Shown piece by piece: positions 59,599-64,000 of a stretch of 64,000 bases of DNA. The first letter of the stretch is position 1; each line of letters begins with the position of its first letter. Source of the DNA: Bacteroidales bacterium (GTDB lineage: Bacteria; Bacteroidota; Bacteroidia; Bacteroidales; GCA-2748055); the NCBI GenBank assembly GCA_040768485.1, contig JAXGMU010000001.1, positions 63,079-127,078 of the forward strand, given 5' to 3'. The notes beneath the pieces are model-generated. The model saw nothing but the letters and a program-made list of their open reading frames with translations. It was not told the origin of the DNA and did no database searches. The position numbers were made by a program, and so were the translations under genes.

Positions 59599-61986
59599 AT
59601 GTTACTCCGGGACTTTCTGGCTTCATTCAGATTCATCAGACGATACAAGTCATTTGCCATCATCAACATCAGTGGATTGACCATTGGTATTTTTTGTTGC
59701 CTGTTGATCATTCTGTATATACACTCCGAGCTGGGTTTCGACAGGTTTCACGAAAACGGAAAGAACATATACAGGGTGGTGATGCACCAGCCCGGGAACC
59801 AGGTTACAGGAAGTAGTTCCGATTGGTGGGTGGTGTCTCCTGCTATCCTGAAACCCACCTGGGAAAATGAGCTGCCTGAAGTGGATCTCATTACCAGGAC
59901 TACTACTAAAATGTGGAACTTTAAGCTCGAAGACCAATACCTCAGTGAAGAGGTCCTGGTTGTCGATCCCGAGTTCCTGGAGATCTTTTCATTTCCTCTG
60001 GTGGCCGGTGACAAAAGCAGTGCGTTGGGTTCCCCTAATTCCATCGTGCTCTCTCAAAAGGCGGGACTAAGATATTTTGGTGAGGAAGATCCCATGGGGC
60101 AGCAAATGATCCTGAATGATGGGCGTCAGCTTACGGTATCAGGGATTCTGGAGGAAATTCCCGGGAATTCCCATCTGCAGTTTGATATTCTTACCTCATT
60201 TTCGACCCTTGAGTCAATCCTCAACCGGAGTCTTCTGAGCGAGAACTGGTTGAATAATTCCTACCGGACCTATCTGACCCTTCATGATAACAGCGACCCG
60301 GAGCTCCTTGATGCAAAATTGAGGAAATACGATCTTGTGGGTTTCAATGGCAACACCTGGTCATTCCACCTGCAACCCCTGTATGATATCCACTTCAACC
60401 GGGATACGTGGGGCACCGGGGATAAAGGGACCCTGTTCATCTTTCTTACAGCCGGTATTTTTATCCTGTTTATCGTATGTTTTAATTACCTGAACCTGTA
60501 CATCGCGCACTACAGAACGAGGATCAGGGATGTTTCCATCCGGAAACTCCTGGGAGCTCAGCGGCCGGTGCTGATCCGTCAGTTCTTCAGTGAATCCCTG
60601 AATATTGTACTGATTTCTTACCTGGCCGCTCTGATGTTGGTCTGGCTGGTCCTGCCCATGTTCAATTCCACACTGGAACGGAAACTTGATTTCCACTCAA
60701 TCTGGAACTGGCAGGTATTGTTGGCCAGCATAGGGCTGATCGCCCTGATGGCTTTTGTCTCGGGCGTTTACCCGGCTCTTTATCTTTCCCGGTACAAGGT
60801 GGCCGAGACCATCAGGGGTGGTATCATCAACCTTTCCAGGGGAGGAAAGCAGCTCAGACAGTCCATCGTGATTATCCAGTTTTCCATCTCCATTGCGCTC
60901 ATCATTGGTTCGGCGACCATGATCAGGCAATTATCCTATGCCCGTGATATGGATCTGGGCTATCTTAAGGAGAATATTGTTTACCTGGACCTGATCAACT
61001 TGTTCTATGCCGAGGAATTCAACCTGATGAATAAAATGGACATCTTCAAACAGGAACTGTTGAATCATCCGGATGTCCGGTCAGTTGCCTTTTCCACCGG
61101 CATCCCGTCGATGGTCGGATGGTCCAACATACCCGTATGGGAAGGAAAGCATGAAGAAGATAATCCTTTCTTTTACAGGATGATCGTGGATCACGATTTC
61201 ATGAACCTGTACGGCATTCAGCTGGAAAAAGGAAGATACTTTCAACCGGATATGAAGTCTGACAATGGGCATGCATATATTATCAACAGGGCCGCTGCAG
61301 AGAGGATGGGCCTGGAGTCCCCCATTGGGGCAGGTTTCGGATTCGACGGGAATCTTGGCACCGTAGTGGGATTGACAGAAGATTTTCACTTTGAATCCCT
61401 GCACAATCCCATTACTCCCCTCGGTATAGGCGTTGCAGATGAATACTACTGGCAGTTTGTCTCTCTCAAGGTCAACAGTGCAAACCTGGCCAAAACCCTG
61501 GGTGATATCGAGAACATCTGGAAGAAATATGTGCCGGGCATCCCAATGGATTATTCATTGCTGGACGATCGCCTGAATTCCCTTTACAGGGAGGACAGGC
61601 AGCTTTCGAGAAGCATGAATTATCTCTCGCTCGTTGCCCTGTTCATATCCTGCCTTGGGATATTTGGTCTCATGTCGCTGTCACTCAGGGAAAAGTCAAA
61701 GGAGATCAGCATCCGGAAGGTGATGGGAGCCTCCGGAGCAGCCTTGATGAATTTCCTTTTGAGGGACTCCGTGAAGATCATTCTGGTGTCCACGGTCTTT
61801 GGCGGCGTATTCGGATGGTATCTTTCCAGGGAATGGCTGCAGAATTTTGCCTTCGCCTGCAGGTTTGGATTCGGAATGATCGCCCTTTCTGCCCTGCTGG
61901 CATTTTTCATCTATTTTTTCATGATCAGCTTCAGGCTGCTCGGGGCCATCAAAGCCAATCCCGGAAATTCATTGCGACTGGATTGA
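59599..61986 (+). CDS. MacB/FtsX-family ABC transporter permease (duplicated-domain type)
   Basis: INISGLTIG, LQPLYDIH, IRKLLGA, QFSIS, DFHFESL, ISCLGIFGL, IRKVMGA, ANPGNSLR. Confidence 0.92.
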   Translation: MLLRDFLASFRFIRRYKSFAIINISGLTIGIFCCLLIILYIHSELGFDRFHENGKNIYRVVMHQPGNQVTGSSSDWWVVSPAILKPTWENELPEVDLITRTTTKMWNFKLEDQYLSEEVLVVDPEFLEIFSFPLVAGDKSSALGSPNSIVLSQKAGLRYFGEEDPMGQQMILNDGRQLTVSGILEEIPGNSHLQFDILTSFSTLESILNRSLLSENWLNNSYRTYLTLHDNSDPELLDAKLRKYDLVGFNGNTWSFHLQPLYDIHFNRDTWGTGDKGTLFIFLTAGIFILFIVCFNYLNLYIAHYRTRIRDVSIRKLLGAQRPVLIRQFFSESLNIVLISYLAALMLVWLVLPMFNSTLERKLDFHSIWNWQVLLASIGLIALMAFVSGVYPALYLSRYKVAETIRGGIINLSRGGKQLRQSIVIIQFSISIALIIGSATMIRQLSYARDMDLGYLKENIVYLDLINLFYAEEFNLMNKMDIFKQELLNHPDVRSVAFSTGIPSMVGWSNIPVWEGKHEEDNPFFYRMIVDHDFMNLYGIQLEKGRYFQPDMKSDNGHAYIINRAAAERMGLESPIGAGFGFDGNLGTVVGLTEDFHFESLHNPITPLGIGVADEYYWQFVSLKVNSANLAKTLGDIENIWKKYVPGIPMDYSLLDDRLNSLYREDRQLSRSMNYLSLVALFISCLGIFGLMSLSLREKSKEISIRKVMGASGAALMNFLLRDSVKIILVSTVFGGVFGWYLSREWLQNFAFACRFGFGMIALSALLAFFIYFFMISFRLLGAIKANPGNSLRLD

Positions 61987-62177
61987 CCTGAATTGATTCT
62001 TCTGTTTCAATAAAAATCTGAGCATTATTTTAGTATGGATTTGACAGTACTTCGCTCATGGAATATCATATGACCAGCGAAGGGTTCAGGCAGATCCGGA
62101 GTACCGCTCTGTGAAAAATGAAATTTATCTCTTAAGTTTATGTGATCGTATTTCTGCTTTTATTTGAAGTCGGACAT

Positions 62178-63170
62178 ATGGTAATACAAAACGAGGATAA
62201 ATTCATCAAAGGTGTTGAGGGTCTGATCCATCCCATGAAGGTCAGCAATCTGCTTTTCTTCCAGAATCTCAAAGGATTGCTTCCTCCGCGCCTGTTGAGG
62301 AGGTTGTTGTACAGCGCATCAAAAAACACCCCTTATATCGGATTCGTGATTGAACCCTACAGCCTGTTCCTGTTCTTCAAGCTCAGGGATCTCGAATATG
62401 CAAAATCGCTGCTGCCGGACCGGTATGAGCTGGCAAAGACGAAATTGTTCATCGATGATGAGCCGGAATACTACATGGGTATCGGGAATCTGGGTACACG
62501 GGCAAGTACCTTCTGGGGCACCAGGCAGGAGGTTTACCTCATTGCAACCGACAAAAGAACCGGACTGTTATCGTTCATTTTCATAGATATATTGAGCAAT
62601 ACAATCATTGCCCTGCCTTCAAAGGGTATTGCTGATCCGAATTGTGAGAAGGCATTCTTCACAACAAGTTCAAAGGGAGAAGTCTTTCTGGAAATTCAGG
62701 AAGCAAGGACCAACAGGAAGTTTTCATTGACCGGCAGCATCAAACGGGGAAAGCTGCGCAGTCTGGATCAGAGGCTCTGGCTCATGGGGAATACCTCCAT
62801 CGGTCACAGCAGGAAACTTGCAGAAGGTGAGGATCATCCTTTCGCCGTAATATTTGATCCGGCTGAAGTGGAGGAAGCCCTGGATGTCCCCCTGGAAGAT
62901 ATACGCATCACTGAAAACACACTTTTCCCGGGACTGGCGGATCCCGAGATCAGCAGGGTGGTCTGTTTTCCCTTCGCCCAGCACTATATTGCCGATAGTC
63001 CGGGTTGCTACACTTCGGTAAAGGACCGTGATGAATTGATCGGCAAGTATAATGAACTGGCGAACATTGAAAACCTCAGGACATTCTCCGCCAGGACCAT
63101 CGTAAAACAACTCTCTGCAGGAATTGTTGTTCTGATACTGATTACGGTACTCCTGATTTTACTTTTGTAG
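62178..63170 (+). CDS. Hypothetical protein with C-terminal membrane anchor
   Basis: Long ORF with normal codon pattern; C-terminal hydrophobic tail; no recognised motif. Confidence 0.65.
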   Translation: MVIQNEDKFIKGVEGLIHPMKVSNLLFFQNLKGLLPPRLLRRLLYSASKNTPYIGFVIEPYSLFLFFKLRDLEYAKSLLPDRYELAKTKLFIDDEPEYYMGIGNLGTRASTFWGTRQEVYLIATDKRTGLLSFIFIDILSNTIIALPSKGIADPNCEKAFFTTSSKGEVFLEIQEARTNRKFSLTGSIKRGKLRSLDQRLWLMGNTSIGHSRKLAEGEDHPFAVIFDPAEVEEALDVPLEDIRITENTLFPGLADPEISRVVCFPFAQHYIADSPGCYTSVKDRDELIGKYNELANIENLRTFSARTIVKQLSAGIVVLILITVLLILLL

Positions 63171-63174
63171 GATC

Positions 63175-64000
63175 TTACGTCTTCAGGATCCTGCGTGCAG
63201 CCAGTTTGCCGGTGAGAATGGACATGGGCACTCCGGCCGGACTATATGTCCATTGTCCTGCCTGATAGATGGAAGGGATGGGTGTGACGACTGCCCGGTT
63301 TGCGGACAGGATTTTATTAACCACCGGAACGGGTTCCCGGAACGACCATCCTGTAATCGCGCCTTCTGACGTGCCTGCCCTGGACTCATAGCTCAGGGGT
63401 GAAAATGAAAAGCGGGCCATCACTTTATCCTTCAGCATGGGATAGACCGAACCGGAGAGTATCGCAATGATGCGCTTCTCCATTTCAGTAATAAACTCCT
63501 CATACCAGCCCGCTTCAGCGATCATGTTGAACAGGTCGTATTCGGCAAGGATGCTGATGATCAATCCTGTCTTGCCCCGTGGTGCCAGGTCGGGATCTTT
63601 CAGGGCCGGCACAGAAATCTCGTAGGTGTTCAGCGCAAGAAATTTATCGAGCCATTTCAATACCCGGAGCTTATCCTGTTCTGCGGGAGTCTTCAACATC
63701 CTGTCCAGCTCGCTCCAGTGGGTTTCTCCCAATCCCTGTTTTGAAGGAGAATAAAAGAAGTGTCCGTTCGCGATTTTTCCGAAACTGTCCACAGGCTCAT
63801 CCACCTCCACAAAAAGCGTATATACCGAATCCCCTCCCCTTTTTTCCAAAAAGCGGCTTTTCGTTTTTTGGAATTTCGAGCGGATTTTTGCGGAACAGCC
63901 TTCCACATCGGCGATCCTGTAAAGCGTCTTCAGGTCCGCTGCCCAGACAAGGTTTTCATAATGATAGCTGACGTTGTTCCGGTCAGTCACTTTTTTTTCG
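63175..64000 (-). CDS. FAD-dependent oxidoreductase, phytoene desaturase-like (5' end beyond the window)
   Basis: LVWAAD, LAPRGKTG, SPLSYE..AGTSEGAITGW, IYQAGQW..SPAGVP. Confidence 0.82.
   Translation of the reverse strand, partial: EKKVTDRNNVSYHYENLVWAADLKTLYRIADVEGCSAKIRSKFQKTKSRFLEKRGGDSVYTLFVEVDEPVDSFGKIANGHFFYSPSKQGLGETHWSELDRMLKTPAEQDKLRVLKWLDKFLALNTYEISVPALKDPDLAPRGKTGLIISILAEYDLFNMIAEAGWYEEFITEMEKRIIAILSGSVYPMLKDKVMARFSFSPLSYESRAGTSEGAITGWSFREPVPVVNKILSANRAVVTPIPSIYQAGQWTYSPAGVPMSILTGKLAARRILKT

Noticed and set aside
1..64000. CRISPR array, rRNA, prophage or anti-phage defence genes
   Set aside because: No regularly spaced repeats, rRNA-like sequence or recognisable phage/defence motifs seen

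Overview
64 kb of chromosome from a Bacteroidota (Bacteroidales-like) bacterium, judged from TAnnTTTG promoters, TonB-dependent receptors, PorV and T9SS C-terminal domains. From left to right it holds: a truncated TonB receptor, an SDR and an ABC-2 exporter; a nine-gene arsenic operon (arsR, arsE/F/G-like, arsP, a divergent P5C-reductase-like gene, arsC, arsM, acr3); a CusA/CzcA-TolC fusion efflux system preceded by a His-rich RAPP-ending leader ORF; a CPA2 antiporter / nucleoside-hydrolase-FmdE / E2-like / TrmO-like / peptidase operon; tRNA-Val(CAC) followed by an AT-richer island (IS remnant, sugar/polyol operon with a frameshifted isomerase, T9SS cargo); a stand-alone porV; a pentaheme cytochrome next to a Cyc2-like cytochrome-porin; an oxidoreductase operon with a Crp/Fnr-type box; a second His-rich RAPP leader upstream of a TonB receptor; a scar of three gene remnants; and GH43, GH16 and GH51 glycoside hydrolases. 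The most striking observation is padR followed by two membrane proteins that fuse GldL-type TM hairpins (3 + 2 = 5) to a GldM-type TM helix plus D1 domain (1 + 1 = 2). One heterodimer would reproduce the 5:2 GldL/GldM motor stoichiometry in covalently tethered form, apparently without the proton-conducting Glu. All family calls come from motif recognition by eye; no database searches were run.
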